Source: Parcubacteria bacterium C7867-001 (GTDB lineage: Bacteria > Patescibacteriota > Minisyncoccia > Phycocordibacterales > Phycocordibacteraceae). Taken from it: a DNA stretch of 64,000 nucleotides. Where the stretch lies: assembly GCA_001189095.1 (NCBI GenBank), contig LFCK01000001.1, positions 20,133 through 84,132 of the forward strand, read 5' to 3'. Under the pieces are notes generated by a model. That model was not told the origin of the DNA and made no database searches. It was given only the letters and a program-made list of their open reading frames with translations. Of this stretch, positions 47,741-60,405 are shown one piece after another (position 1 is the first letter of the stretch; each line of letters opens with the position of its first letter). Both the position numbers and the translations under genes were made by a program.

Positions 47741-48396
47741 TGCTTCGTTTTCATCTCATTACTCTCTTTCCGGAAGCATGCGATGCGTATCTTTCCGCAT
47801 CCATCCTTGGTCGTGCTCGTACGAATAAAAAGATAGCGGTGAAGTATGCGTCTCCGCGCGACTTCGTTGAAAATAAGTGGGGCAAGGTGGACGAGCGTCC
47901 GTATGGCGGCGGTCCCGGCATGGTGATGCAGGCCCTTCCGGTGGTGAAGGCGGCGAAGAAGTCTCTTGGCACCAAAAAGAAAGCAGCGATTGTTTGGTTC
48001 GCACCAAACGCAAAGCCTTTTGATAACAAAGAGGCGGACAAACTCGCGAAGTTTTCTGACGTAGTGCTCGTGTGTGGTCGCTATGAAGGCATTGATGAGC
48101 GCGCAAAGACGATGCTCAAGACGCTCGGTACGCTTAAAGAATACTCAGTTGGTGAAGCGGTTTATACGGGTGGGGAAGTTCCGGCACTCGCTATTGTGGA
48201 TGCGGTAACGCGTCGTCTCAAGGGGGTGCTCGGTAAGGATGAGTCGGTGGAAGAGCGGCGCGTGGCCTCCCGCGCCGTCTACACGCGTCCCGACACCATT
48301 TCCTTTAACAAGAAAAACTACAAAGTTCCCGCGGTTCTCAAGACTGGCCACCACGCAAATATCGATACATGGAAGACCAAGAAAAACACGCGCTAG
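47740..48396 (+). CDS. trmD: tRNA (guanine37-N1)-methyltransferase
   Basis: LITLFPE....ERPYGGGPGMVM and VLVCGRYEGIDER match the TrmD SPOUT motifs. Confidence 0.85.
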   Translation: MLRFHLITLFPEACDAYLSASILGRARTNKKIAVKYASPRDFVENKWGKVDERPYGGGPGMVMQALPVVKAAKKSLGTKKKAAIVWFAPNAKPFDNKEADKLAKFSDVVLVCGRYEGIDERAKTMLKTLGTLKEYSVGEAVYTGGEVPALAIVDAVTRRLKGVLGKDESVEERRVASRAVYTRPDTISFNKKNYKVPAVLKTGHHANIDTWKTKKNTR

Positions 48397-48413
48397 CGTG
48401 GGATACTGAATGT

Positions 48414-48602
48414 ATGGAAGCATCCCCCGGACAAGACCCGTTTGTGCGAAACGAAGAATTTGAAGAGGACGGAAAGACGTATCGTCGGTTCATCCGGCAC
48501 GACGGAACGGCTATGACCATGCTTATAAGCAAAGGATACGAGCCGCGACGCGAAGAGGTCTTCAACGAAGAGACGAAGACGTGGGAACAGAAAGCAGCAT
48601 AA
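48414..48602 (+). CDS. Small acidic hypothetical protein (62 aa; an alternative start at 48369 would overlap trmD)
   Basis: The ORF is followed by a strong bidirectional terminator at 48601-48640. Confidence 0.4.
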   Translation: MEASPGQDPFVRNEEFEEDGKTYRRFIRHDGTAMTMLISKGYEPRREEVFNEETKTWEQKAA

Positions 48603-48640
48603 AAGGAGCGGGCCGGCGCGAAGCGCCGGCCCTTTTTCCT
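48601..48640. terminator. Bidirectional terminator
   Basis: aaaaggagcgggccggcgc-gaa-gcgccggccctttttcc. Confidence 0.7.
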
Positions 48641-48644
48641 GAAC

Positions 48645-48767
48645 TCAGGACTTTTTGGATCTCGGTTCCCACAGGTTGACCATCCATCCGAGGACACAAG
48701 CGCCCCCGAAGAACAGCCCCCAAGAGAGCCCCTTAATCCATTCCCAAGTGGTAGGGTCAATGTGCAT
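48645..48767 (-). CDS. Membrane microprotein of 40 aa
   Basis: The minus strand reads MHIDPTTWEWIKGLSWGLFFGGACVLGWMVNLWEPRSKKS. A GGGAGGTG RBS lies 5-6 nt upstream. A consensus promoter lies upstream and a terminator downstream. Confidence 0.45.
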   Translation of the reverse strand: MHIDPTTWEWIKGLSWGLFFGGACVLGWMVNLWEPRSKKS

Positions 48768-48789
48768 GATTGTGCACCTCCCATTGGAT

Positions 48790-48818
48790 ATAATACAGTA
48801 TTTTAGTATATATGTCAA
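48790..48818 (-). promoter_or_regulatory. Near-consensus sigma70-type promoter on the minus strand (TTGACA, 17-nt spacer, TATTAT) driving the 40-aa microprotein
   Basis: The reverse complement reads acTTGACAtatatactaaaatactgTATTATatccaatGGGAGGTGcacaatcATG. Confidence 0.5.
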
Positions 48819-48848
48819 GTTATGGGGATAACCAGCCCCAAAACAGGC

Positions 48849-48876
48849 TTGACGCCCCCTGCGTGGGGCGTATACT
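48849..48876 (+). promoter_or_regulatory. Candidate sigma70-type promoter upstream of rpoB (TTGACG, 16-nt spacer, TATACT)
   Basis: The sequence cTTGACGccccctgcgtggggcgTATACTgggg lies about 150 nt upstream of the rpoB ATG. Confidence 0.45.
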
Positions 48877-49033
48877 GGGGCTAACCAGAACGGATTGAGT
48901 GATGGGGGCACTCTGGTACAAAAGATCCGATAGTTAGACAATTTTTTAACAGCGTCTCGAGAACGAGGCGAATGGCTTGCATGCGTGCAGGTCCATTTAC
49001 CGTTTTCAGAGATTCCTTCTTCACGACATACAC

Positions 49034-52000
49034 ATGGCTCATACCAAAAAGCGAGAGCAGAAGACCTTCGCCGCCTTCAAGGCGCCGCGCGTGGACTTTC
49101 CGGATCTCGTCGCGCATCAGCGCGAGAGCTTCGAGTGGCTTCTCAAGGATGGATTCGCGGAGCTCTTCAAGGAGTTCTCCCCGATTCCGGACTATTCGGG
49201 AAAGAAGTTCGAGCTCAAATTTAATGGATTTGAAATAGGCGAGCCGAAGGGTGATGAAGAGTACGCACGCGAAAACATGCGCACCTTCGAAGCACCGCTC
49301 AAGGTTTCGGTTACGCTCCTTAATAAGACGCTCGGTACCGAAAAGACGCAGGACATCTTCATCGCGGACATTCCGATGATGACCCCGCACGGTTCCTTCA
49401 TCGTCTCGGGTGTTGAGCGCGCCATTGTGCCGCAGCTCGCCCGCTCATTCGGCGCATTCTTTGTGTCTGAAGATATAAAGGGTAAGCCATCGTTCGGCGC
49501 GAAAATCATCCCGTCGCGTGGCGTTTGGATTGAAGTTGAGTCTGATGCTGATGGTGCGATCTTCGTGAAGATCGACCGCAAGCGCAAATTCCCGGTCACC
49601 AACCTCCTCTCCGTATTTAGCGGCGAGACCGGTGAAGCACTCTTGAAGCGTTTCAAGGGAGACGAAGTCGCGCTCACCGCGCTCAAGAAGACCCTCGAAC
49701 TCGATACGGCAAAGTCTATCGAGGACGCCTACGTTGAAATTCACCGCCGCATGCGCGACGGCGATTTGGCGACCCCAGACAACGCCAAGCAGTACGTGAA
49801 CGCACTCTTCGCTCCAGAACGTTACGACCTCTCCAAGGTCGGACGTCATCGCCTTAATCGCCGCTTCGGTCTTGCTACCGATCCGAAGTCGCTCGATAAG
49901 CGCGTGCTTACGCTCGAAGACCTCGTGAACATTGTCGCGGAAATCGCGAAGATGAACATCGACCCGAATGCACAACCGGATGACATCGATCACCTCGGCT
50001 TCCGCCGCGTTCGTTTCGTTGGTGAGCTTCTTCAGGCTCGTATGCGCGTCGGTATGTCGCGCATGAAGCGCAACATTCAGGACCGCATGAGTACCATCGA
50101 GACCGACACCTCGCTCCCGATGGCATTCGTGAACCCACGTCCGTTCCAAGCCTCGGTCCGTGAATTCTTCACCGCAAACCAGCTCTCGCAGTTCATGGAT
50201 CAGCAGAACATTCTTGCTGAGCTCGAGAACATGCGCACTCTTTCAGCGCTCGGTCCCGGTGGTCTCACGCGCGAGCGTGCAGGCTTCGAAGTCCGCGACG
50301 TGCATCCGTCTCATTACGGACGCCTCTGCCCGATTCACACGCCAGAAGGCCAGAACATCGGTCTCATCCTCCGTCTCGCGCTCCATGCGCGTACCAACGA
50401 GTTCGGCGTCATCGAGACTCCGTACGCAAAGGTGGAGAAGGGTGTAGTCACTGAGAAAATTGAATACTTGAACGCACTCGAAGAAGAAGCGGTCGTTATC
50501 GCGCACGGCGCAACGCCAGTCGACGAGAAAGGCCGCATCATTCCTGATCAGATCGAAGCTCGTAAGGGCGGCGAACCAGCAGTCGTGAAGCGCGAAGAAA
50601 TAAACTACTTCGACGCCTCGACCTACCAGATGTTCAGCGCCGCAACAGCCATGATTCCGTTCGTCGATCACGACGATGCGAACCGTGCGCTCATGGGTTC
50701 GAACATGCAGAAGCAGGCAACGCCGGTTCTTATTCCGGAAGCACCGCTCGTTGCAACCGGTATCGAAGAGCACGCAGCTCGCAACACAGGCCGCCTCATC
50801 GTCGCTCAGGAGGGTGGTGATGTTACCTACTGCGATGCGCGTAAGATTGTTGTCACTAATAAGGACAACAAGAAGCGCGAGTACAAGCTGCAGGGCCTTA
50901 CACAGACCAACCAGAACTCAGCATTTAATCAGCGCCCAATCGTCGCAACGGGCGACAAGGTGAAGAAGGGTGATGTGCTCGCAGACGCATCGTCGTCGGA
51001 TCAGGGCCAGATGGCGCTCGGACAGAACGTCCGCGTTGCCTTCATGAGCTGGAGCGGTGCTAACTACGAAGACGCCATCATCGTCTCAGAGCGCCTCGTG
51101 CAGGAAAGCAAGTTCACCACGCTTCACATCGAAGATTTCGAGTGCATGGTGCGCGACACCAAGCTCGGTGCTGAAGTCACCACTCACGACATTCCAAACG
51201 TTGGCGAGCTCCGCCTTAAGAACCTCGATGAGGAAGGTGTTGTTCGTATCGGTGCAGAAGTTCGCTCTGGCGATATTCTCGTCGGTAAAGTCACACCGAA
51301 GGGTGAGACGCAGCTCACGCCGGAAGAGCGCCTCCTCCGTTCTATTTTCGGCGACAAGGCGAAGGATGTGAAAGACACCTCGCTCCGCATGGAAGGCGGC
51401 AAGCGCGGCCGTGTCATCGGCGTGCGCGTCTTCTCTCGCGAGAAGGGCGATCAGCTCGAAAGCGGCATCATCAAGAAGATCGTTGTTACGGTCGCACAGG
51501 TTCGTAACGTCTCGGTCGGCGACAAGCTCGCTGGTCGTCACGGAAACAAGGGTGTTATCTCCCGTGTGCTTCCGGTTGAAGAAATGCCATACGACGAGCA
51601 GGGAAATCCTGTCGACATTCTTCTCACGCCACTCGGCGTTCCGTCGCGTATGAACCTCGGTCAGATTCTTGAAATGCACCTTGGTCTTGCAGCGAACTCG
51701 CTCGGCTATCAGGCAGTGGTTCCTCCATTCGCTGGTGCAACCGCGGAAGAGATTCAGGAAGAGCTCGTGAAGGCAGGCTTCGATAAGAGCGGCAAGATGC
51801 AGCTCTTCGATGGCCGCACGGGCGAAGCTTTCGCGCAGACGATTGCGGTCGGCTACATGTACATCTTGAAACTCCATCACATGGTGGAAGACAAGATACA
51901 CATGCGCTCTATCGGTCCCTACAGCCTCATCACGCAGCAGCCACTCGGCGGCAAGGCGCAGAACGGCGGTCAGCGCTTCGGAGAAATGGAAGTGTGGGCG

Positions 52001-52216
52001 CTCCTCGGCTACGGCTCGGCGTACACGCTCCGCGAAATGCTCACCATCAAGTCGGACGATATTCAGGGCCGCTCAGCGACCTTCGATGCAATCGTGAAGG
52101 GCGAACCGGTCGTCCATTCGGGCACGCCGGCTTCCTTCAGTGTTCTTACCAACCAGATCCGCGGCCTCGCGCTCGATATTGAGCCGATGGACAACGCTCA
52201 GGATCTCCCTAACTAA
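49034..52216 (+). CDS. rpoB: DNA-directed RNA polymerase beta subunit
   Basis: The protein is collinear with RpoB over its full length. The start MAHTKKREQKTFA is in frame with the longer ORF listed in the ORF track. Confidence 0.9.
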   Translation: MAHTKKREQKTFAAFKAPRVDFPDLVAHQRESFEWLLKDGFAELFKEFSPIPDYSGKKFELKFNGFEIGEPKGDEEYARENMRTFEAPLKVSVTLLNKTLGTEKTQDIFIADIPMMTPHGSFIVSGVERAIVPQLARSFGAFFVSEDIKGKPSFGAKIIPSRGVWIEVESDADGAIFVKIDRKRKFPVTNLLSVFSGETGEALLKRFKGDEVALTALKKTLELDTAKSIEDAYVEIHRRMRDGDLATPDNAKQYVNALFAPERYDLSKVGRHRLNRRFGLATDPKSLDKRVLTLEDLVNIVAEIAKMNIDPNAQPDDIDHLGFRRVRFVGELLQARMRVGMSRMKRNIQDRMSTIETDTSLPMAFVNPRPFQASVREFFTANQLSQFMDQQNILAELENMRTLSALGPGGLTRERAGFEVRDVHPSHYGRLCPIHTPEGQNIGLILRLALHARTNEFGVIETPYAKVEKGVVTEKIEYLNALEEEAVVIAHGATPVDEKGRIIPDQIEARKGGEPAVVKREEINYFDASTYQMFSAATAMIPFVDHDDANRALMGSNMQKQATPVLIPEAPLVATGIEEHAARNTGRLIVAQEGGDVTYCDARKIVVTNKDNKKREYKLQGLTQTNQNSAFNQRPIVATGDKVKKGDVLADASSSDQGQMALGQNVRVAFMSWSGANYEDAIIVSERLVQESKFTTLHIEDFECMVRDTKLGAEVTTHDIPNVGELRLKNLDEEGVVRIGAEVRSGDILVGKVTPKGETQLTPEERLLRSIFGDKAKDVKDTSLRMEGGKRGRVIGVRVFSREKGDQLESGIIKKIVVTVAQVRNVSVGDKLAGRHGNKGVISRVLPVEEMPYDEQGNPVDILLTPLGVPSRMNLGQILEMHLGLAANSLGYQAVVPPFAGATAEEIQEELVKAGFDKSGKMQLFDGRTGEAFAQTIAVGYMYILKLHHMVEDKIHMRSIGPYSLITQQPLGGKAQNGGQRFGEMEVWALLGYGSAYTLREMLTIKSDDIQGRSATFDAIVKGEPVVHSGTPASFSVLTNQIRGLALDIEPMDNAQDLPN

Positions 52217-52222
52217 ATCTCT

Positions 52223-55984
<3,762 letters not shown>

Positions 55985-56004
55985 ATCTAGTCTCGAAAGG
56001 GAAG

Positions 56005-56035
56005 CGAAAAACCGCCCAACAGGGCGGTTTTTCGT
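56005..56035 (+). terminator. Intrinsic terminator after rpoC
   Basis: gaaaaaccgccc-aaca-gggcggtttttcg. Confidence 0.7.
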
Positions 56036-56117
56036 ACATTGACTCTAGACCAATAATATGTTATAGAGAATTCAGACCTGAACGTTCGTTTCAGGCACAG
56101 CAAGAGAAAGGCAATCA

Positions 56118-56996
56118 ATGAAAATTGCTGGTATTGGCCTCGCGCTCGTCATGTTCGCGATGGTCTCGGGCTGCGGCCCTTCTGCAAAACAAGTCGCTGA
56201 GGCGACCGCTTCGATCAACGCGCAAGACCGAGCTCTCGATCGGCGCGATGCGCTCGATCGTCTGATGAAGTCGCTTAGGCCTGTTGACCAGGCTCGATTC
56301 GAGATGGAAATGTTCCGCGTGCGTGATGCACGCGAACTCCGTCTGGGCGACAACGCCTCGAAGGGCGAAATTCTGCGCGCGCGGAAAGTCATATGGCGCG
56401 CGGAAGAACTCGCTGAATACAAGTTGCCTGCAACGGCAACCGACGAGGATCTCTATGCGGCAAAAGAACGCAAATGGCTCAAAGAAGACGCGAAAGACCT
56501 CGGCCTTCCGGTGAGCGCATCAAAAGCGCAGGTCGATGCGGCGCGCAAAGCGAAGTACGACGCTGACAGCGAGAAGTCTCGCGTCAGGATGGCGCTCGAC
56601 CTCGGTCTTCCCGCGACAGCGTCGTGGAAAGAAATCGAAACAGCGGAAGCCGATAGGCGTCGCGTCGATGCTGCACTTCGGCACGGGCTGCCAAAAACGG
56701 CCACGTGGGTCCAAATCAGCCGCAAGGCTGACGAGGATAACGCGGCGACCGATGCGAAGTACAAGGCGCTTCGGCGGGCGAACAGCGACTACGAAAAGGC
56801 GCAGGACGCACTCGAGGACGCACAGCGTCGCATCGACGCACTCGAAGCCGGCCTTCCGGAAACAGCGAGTCGCGATCAAATCGAGGAGCACGAAATCAAT
56901 CGTGTGCGTCGCTATGCGGCGGCCAACCTCGGTCTCTCTGAGGGTTCGTCTTGGGGGCTCATTTTCGATGCGACCCAGCACGACTCTCGATACTAG
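56118..56996 (+). CDS. Lipoprotein with five or six tandem degenerate repeats centred on an (L)GLPxTAS motif
   Basis: The lipobox is AMVSGC. The motifs KLPATAT, GLPVSAS, GLPATAS, GLPKTAT, GLPETAS and GLSEGSS are spaced about 25-40 aa apart in a charged helical background. Confidence 0.65.
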   Translation: MKIAGIGLALVMFAMVSGCGPSAKQVAEATASINAQDRALDRRDALDRLMKSLRPVDQARFEMEMFRVRDARELRLGDNASKGEILRARKVIWRAEELAEYKLPATATDEDLYAAKERKWLKEDAKDLGLPVSASKAQVDAARKAKYDADSEKSRVRMALDLGLPATASWKEIETAEADRRRVDAALRHGLPKTATWVQISRKADEDNAATDAKYKALRRANSDYEKAQDALEDAQRRIDALEAGLPETASRDQIEEHEINRVRRYAAANLGLSEGSSWGLIFDATQHDSRY

Positions 56997-57005
56997 AAAC
57001 GACTA

Positions 57006-57040
57006 CAACGCCCCGCGGCTTCCGCGGGGCGTTTTCTTAT
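57006..57040 (+). terminator. Intrinsic terminator after the lipoprotein gene
   Basis: caacgccccgcgg-cttc-cgcggggcgttttctta. Confidence 0.7.
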
Positions 57041-57072
57041 GCTAGGGTGCCGGCAGAAAGAAGGAGAAACGA

Positions 57073-57372
57073 ATGAAAGAGTTTGATGTTCCTGAAGGAA
57101 TGACGTCTGAACTGGTGGCGTGTACATTTGCGGCGTACCTCTTAGGAAGCCTCTTCAACAGCAACTGGCAAAGATCGGTCTACGGTCCATTTCGAAAAGA
57201 CTATCGAGAAGGCACTGACTATGAAAGATGGCAGCTCGATAACACAAACGACTACTGGCTCCATATTGAAGGAAATAAAGCAAAACTTGTCTCTCGCTAC
57301 GATCGCCAAGATGTTCTTGAGGCGATGTTGACCCTCTTCAAGCTCCGGTTTCCGCAACGCGCTCACGCGTAG
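57073..57372 (+). CDS. Hypothetical protein (99 aa)
   Basis: An AAGGAG RBS is present. The ORF is flanked by terminators at 57006-57040 and 57381-57410. Confidence 0.5.
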   Translation: MKEFDVPEGMTSELVACTFAAYLLGSLFNSNWQRSVYGPFRKDYREGTDYERWQLDNTNDYWLHIEGNKAKLVSRYDRQDVLEAMLTLFKLRFPQRAHA

Positions 57373-57380
57373 TTGTGCTT

Positions 57381-57410
57381 AACGGCCCGCCAAAGGCGGG
57401 CCGTTTTTCT
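57381..57410 (+). terminator. Intrinsic terminator, near-identical to the one at 31395-31427
   Basis: taacggcccgcc-aaa-ggcgggccgtttttct. Confidence 0.65.
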
Positions 57411-57450
57411 ATCCAAGCAGGCAACCGCCAAAAAGAGTAAAATACTCCTA

Positions 57451-59136
57451 ATGGCCGCAGACACCGTCGAATTGATAAAGCAGAAGTTGACCATCGTCGA
57501 TGTGGTGTCGCCGTATGTAAAGCTCACGCGTGCCGGTAAGTATTTTAAGGGCCTCTCGCCCTTCAATAAGGAAAAGACGCCATCTTTCATGGTCTCGCCC
57601 GATCGCGGAAGCTATTACTGTTTCTCTTCTGGTCAGGGCGGCGACATGTTCACCTTCATCGAGAAGATGGAAGGAGTTGATTTCAAGGGTGCGATGAAAA
57701 TTCTCGCGGAGAAGGCGGGCGTTGAGATTGTGTTTTCAAAAGGGGGAAGCGCCAATAAAGAAAAAACCGAGCGGCTGCGCGAAGCGCTAGGAGAGGCGGA
57801 GCAGTTTTATGCCCGCGCATTTGTCGAAGGAGGCGCTGCGCATGAATACGCGAAGAAGCGCGGACTTACTTCGCAAACCATGCAAGAGTGGCGCATCGGC
57901 TATGCGCCGGACGCATGGCGTGCGCTTTTCGAGGAACTTTCCGCAAAAGGATTTACGACGCAAGAACTCGTTGACGCAGGGCTCATAAAAGAAGCGGACG
58001 AAAAGCGCGGTACCTACTACGATCGCTTCCGAAATCGCCTTATGTTCCCGATTCGGGATTCCGCAGGTCGCACCGTTGCCTTCACCGGCCGCGCACTCGA
58101 CCCGAACGACCAAGCGAAATACCTCAATAGCCCTGAAACCGAGCTATATAAAAAAGGTCAGATTCTTTTCGGAATGGATCGGGCAAAGGATGCGATTCGT
58201 ACGCGCGGATTCGCGCTTCTCGTCGAAGGTCAGTTCGATCTCATCCTCCTGCATCAGATTGGATTCACGAATACCATCGCGCTTTCAGGGACGGCGCTCA
58301 CGCACGAGCACATTTCACTCATTAAGCGTTACGCAGAAAATCTCATGCTCGCGCTCGATGCAGACCGCGCTGGTTTAGCCGCAAGCGCCAAGCATGCGAT
58401 AGCCGCGCTCCGTTCCGGTATGCGTGTGAAAGCGGTCCGTATACCGCAAGGCAAGGATCCTGCGGATTTGGCGAACGAGGATCCGAAGGGAATCACGAAG
58501 CTCATCGCGGACGCCCAGTCCATCGTGGAGTTCTTTTTGGCCGTCCTTACGGGAGCCGAGAAGGATCAGCATAAGCTGGTGGTTGCCGTGGAGAAGGTCG
58601 TTTTACCCCTTATACAGGCCATCCAGAGTCCCTTGGAGCGGGAGCACTTCATCGGGGTGGCTGCTCGGGCCATAGGGTCAACGGCGGACGCTGTCCGTAG
58701 CTCTCTTTCCAAAGCTCCAAGACTTGAGGATATGCCTCGCCAGACAGGTACCACGAACGCCCCGCTTCCGGCCGCGCAGCTTTCCCCGCTTGAAGCCCGC
58801 CGAAAGTATCTTCATGCAGTTGCGGTGAATTGTGCTGGTTCTGAGGTTGCCAAGACCCTAGAAGAGGAGTATAAAAGGATTACAGGCACATCGCTCCCCG
58901 AGGAACTCCCGTCCGAGCGAATGCTATTTGAGGCAGGACTCGCATTTGTCGAGATGCCCACACCGCTAGAAGTAGAGGATCTTATAAAGAGTTTCGAGCA
59001 TGTCTTCCTCAAGGAAGAGATTGCTCGTGCGTCAGCGCGTGTACGTCAGGCGGAAATCGCCGGCGATACCAAGGATATGCAGTCCGCAATGCAGGAACTG
59101 AAAGCGCTTTCGACGAAACTCTCCGTGCTCTCCTAA
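57451..59136 (+). CDS. dnaG: DNA primase with a degenerate (ligand-deficient) zinc-ribbon
   Basis: LSPFNKEKTPSFMVSPDRGSYYCFSSGQGGDMF aligns with the DnaG CHC2 finger, but three of the four ligands are S, N and S. The Toprim domain has LLVEGQFDLI. The upstream TTG ORF start overlaps a terminator and is rejected. Confidence 0.8.
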   Translation: MAADTVELIKQKLTIVDVVSPYVKLTRAGKYFKGLSPFNKEKTPSFMVSPDRGSYYCFSSGQGGDMFTFIEKMEGVDFKGAMKILAEKAGVEIVFSKGGSANKEKTERLREALGEAEQFYARAFVEGGAAHEYAKKRGLTSQTMQEWRIGYAPDAWRALFEELSAKGFTTQELVDAGLIKEADEKRGTYYDRFRNRLMFPIRDSAGRTVAFTGRALDPNDQAKYLNSPETELYKKGQILFGMDRAKDAIRTRGFALLVEGQFDLILLHQIGFTNTIALSGTALTHEHISLIKRYAENLMLALDADRAGLAASAKHAIAALRSGMRVKAVRIPQGKDPADLANEDPKGITKLIADAQSIVEFFLAVLTGAEKDQHKLVVAVEKVVLPLIQAIQSPLEREHFIGVAARAIGSTADAVRSSLSKAPRLEDMPRQTGTTNAPLPAAQLSPLEARRKYLHAVAVNCAGSEVAKTLEEEYKRITGTSLPEELPSERMLFEAGLAFVEMPTPLEVEDLIKSFEHVFLKEEIARASARVRQAEIAGDTKDMQSAMQELKALSTKLSVLS

Positions 59137-59151
59137 TTTTATTTTCACACT

Positions 59152-60405
59152 ATGGCTAAGAAAAAGACCGTAAAGAAGAAGGCTTCTTCGAAATCCGCAA
59201 AGAAAGCGGGAAAAAAGTCTGCGCCCAAAAAGAAGAAGGTTGTTAAGAAAGCAGTAAAGAAGGTCGCAAAGCCGAAGAAGAAAGAGCAGATGAAGAACGT
59301 CGTCCGTGTGGCGGCGAAGGGTGCGCGTGCAAAAGCTGCGGCAGAGAAGGGAGACAAAGCAGAGCGTCTTCTTCAGAAGGGTAAGGAGCGCGGCTACATC
59401 ACTTACAGCGAAATTCTTAAGGAATTCCCGCACATCGAGGAAGATGTGCAGTTCCTCGATTCCCTCTACGAAAAGTTCTCATCGAATGGCATCGACATTC
59501 TCGAAGGCGGCATGCTCGAAGACAATGCCGACCAGTATCTTGCGACCCGCAATATCAAAGGTCGTGAGGGTGCGAGCTATGACTCCATTCAGATCTACCT
59601 TCGTGAAATAGGTCAGTACCCGCTTTTGACCGCCTCTGAAGAGCGTGAGCTCGCCAAGCGCATCGAGAAGGGAGAAGACGAAGCGCGCAACATCCTCGCT
59701 CGCTCGAACCTCCGCCTCGTGGTCTCTATCGCGAAGAAATACGTGGGCCGCTCGCCGGACCTCACGCTCCTCGACCTCATTCAGGAAGGAAATCTCGGTC
59801 TCTTCAAGGCTGTCGATAAATTCGATTGGAAGAAGGGCTACAAGTTCAGCACGTACGCAACGTGGTGGATTCGTCAGGCCATCACCCGCGCACTTGCTGA
59901 TCAGTCCCGCACCATCCGCATTCCGGTCCACATGGTGGAAACCATCGCGAAGTACAAGCAGATTTCCCGTCGCCTTTCGCAGGCCCTTGGTCGCGATCCG
60001 CAGCCGGAAGAAATTGCCGTAGAAATGGGTGTCGAAGTGGAGAAAATCTACCAGATCGAGAAGATAAATCAGGACACTCTCTCACTTGAGAACCCAATCG
60101 GTTCTGATGACGATGAGAAGTCGACCCTCGGTGACTTCATCGCAGACGACAAGATTCCGTCCCCGATTCAGGAGTCTTCTGAACGCATCCTTGGTGAGCA
60201 AGTCCGCGACATCCTCGACGACCTTTCACCGAAGGAGCGCAAGATTCTCGAGATGCGTCACGGTCTCCTCGATGGTGTGTATCACACGCTTGAAGAAGTG
60301 GGTAAGGAGTTCGGCGTTACCCGCGAACGCATCCGCCAGATTGAGGCGAAAGCTCTCGAGAAAATTAGAACTCATGAGAAATCCCGAAGACTCAAGAGTT
60401 ACTAA
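59152..60405 (+). CDS. rpoD: RNA polymerase sigma-70 factor with a Lys-rich N-terminal extension of about 50 aa in place of an acidic region 1.1
   Basis: Region 2 has [13 protein letters not shown]. Regions 3 and 4 are present. The N-terminus is [44 protein letters not shown]. The dnaG-rpoD synteny is conserved. Confidence 0.85.
   Translation: MAKKKTVKKKASSKSAKKAGKKSAPKKKKVVKKAVKKVAKPKKKEQMKNVVRVAAKGARAKAAAEKGDKAERLLQKGKERGYITYSEILKEFPHIEEDVQFLDSLYEKFSSNGIDILEGGMLEDNADQYLATRNIKGREGASYDSIQIYLREIGQYPLLTASEERELAKRIEKGEDEARNILARSNLRLVVSIAKKYVGRSPDLTLLDLIQEGNLGLFKAVDKFDWKKGYKFSTYATWWIRQAITRALADQSRTIRIPVHMVETIAKYKQISRRLSQALGRDPQPEEIAVEMGVEVEKIYQIEKINQDTLSLENPIGSDDDEKSTLGDFIADDKIPSPIQESSERILGEQVRDILDDLSPKERKILEMRHGLLDGVYHTLEEVGKEFGVTRERIRQIEAKALEKIRTHEKSRRLKSY

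Noticed and set aside
51086-51901. Long minus-strand ORFs inside rpoB and rpoC, including 53849-54643 and 49445-50149
   Set aside because: They are antisense to unambiguous RNA polymerase genes. This is typical of GC-rich DNA where stops are rare.
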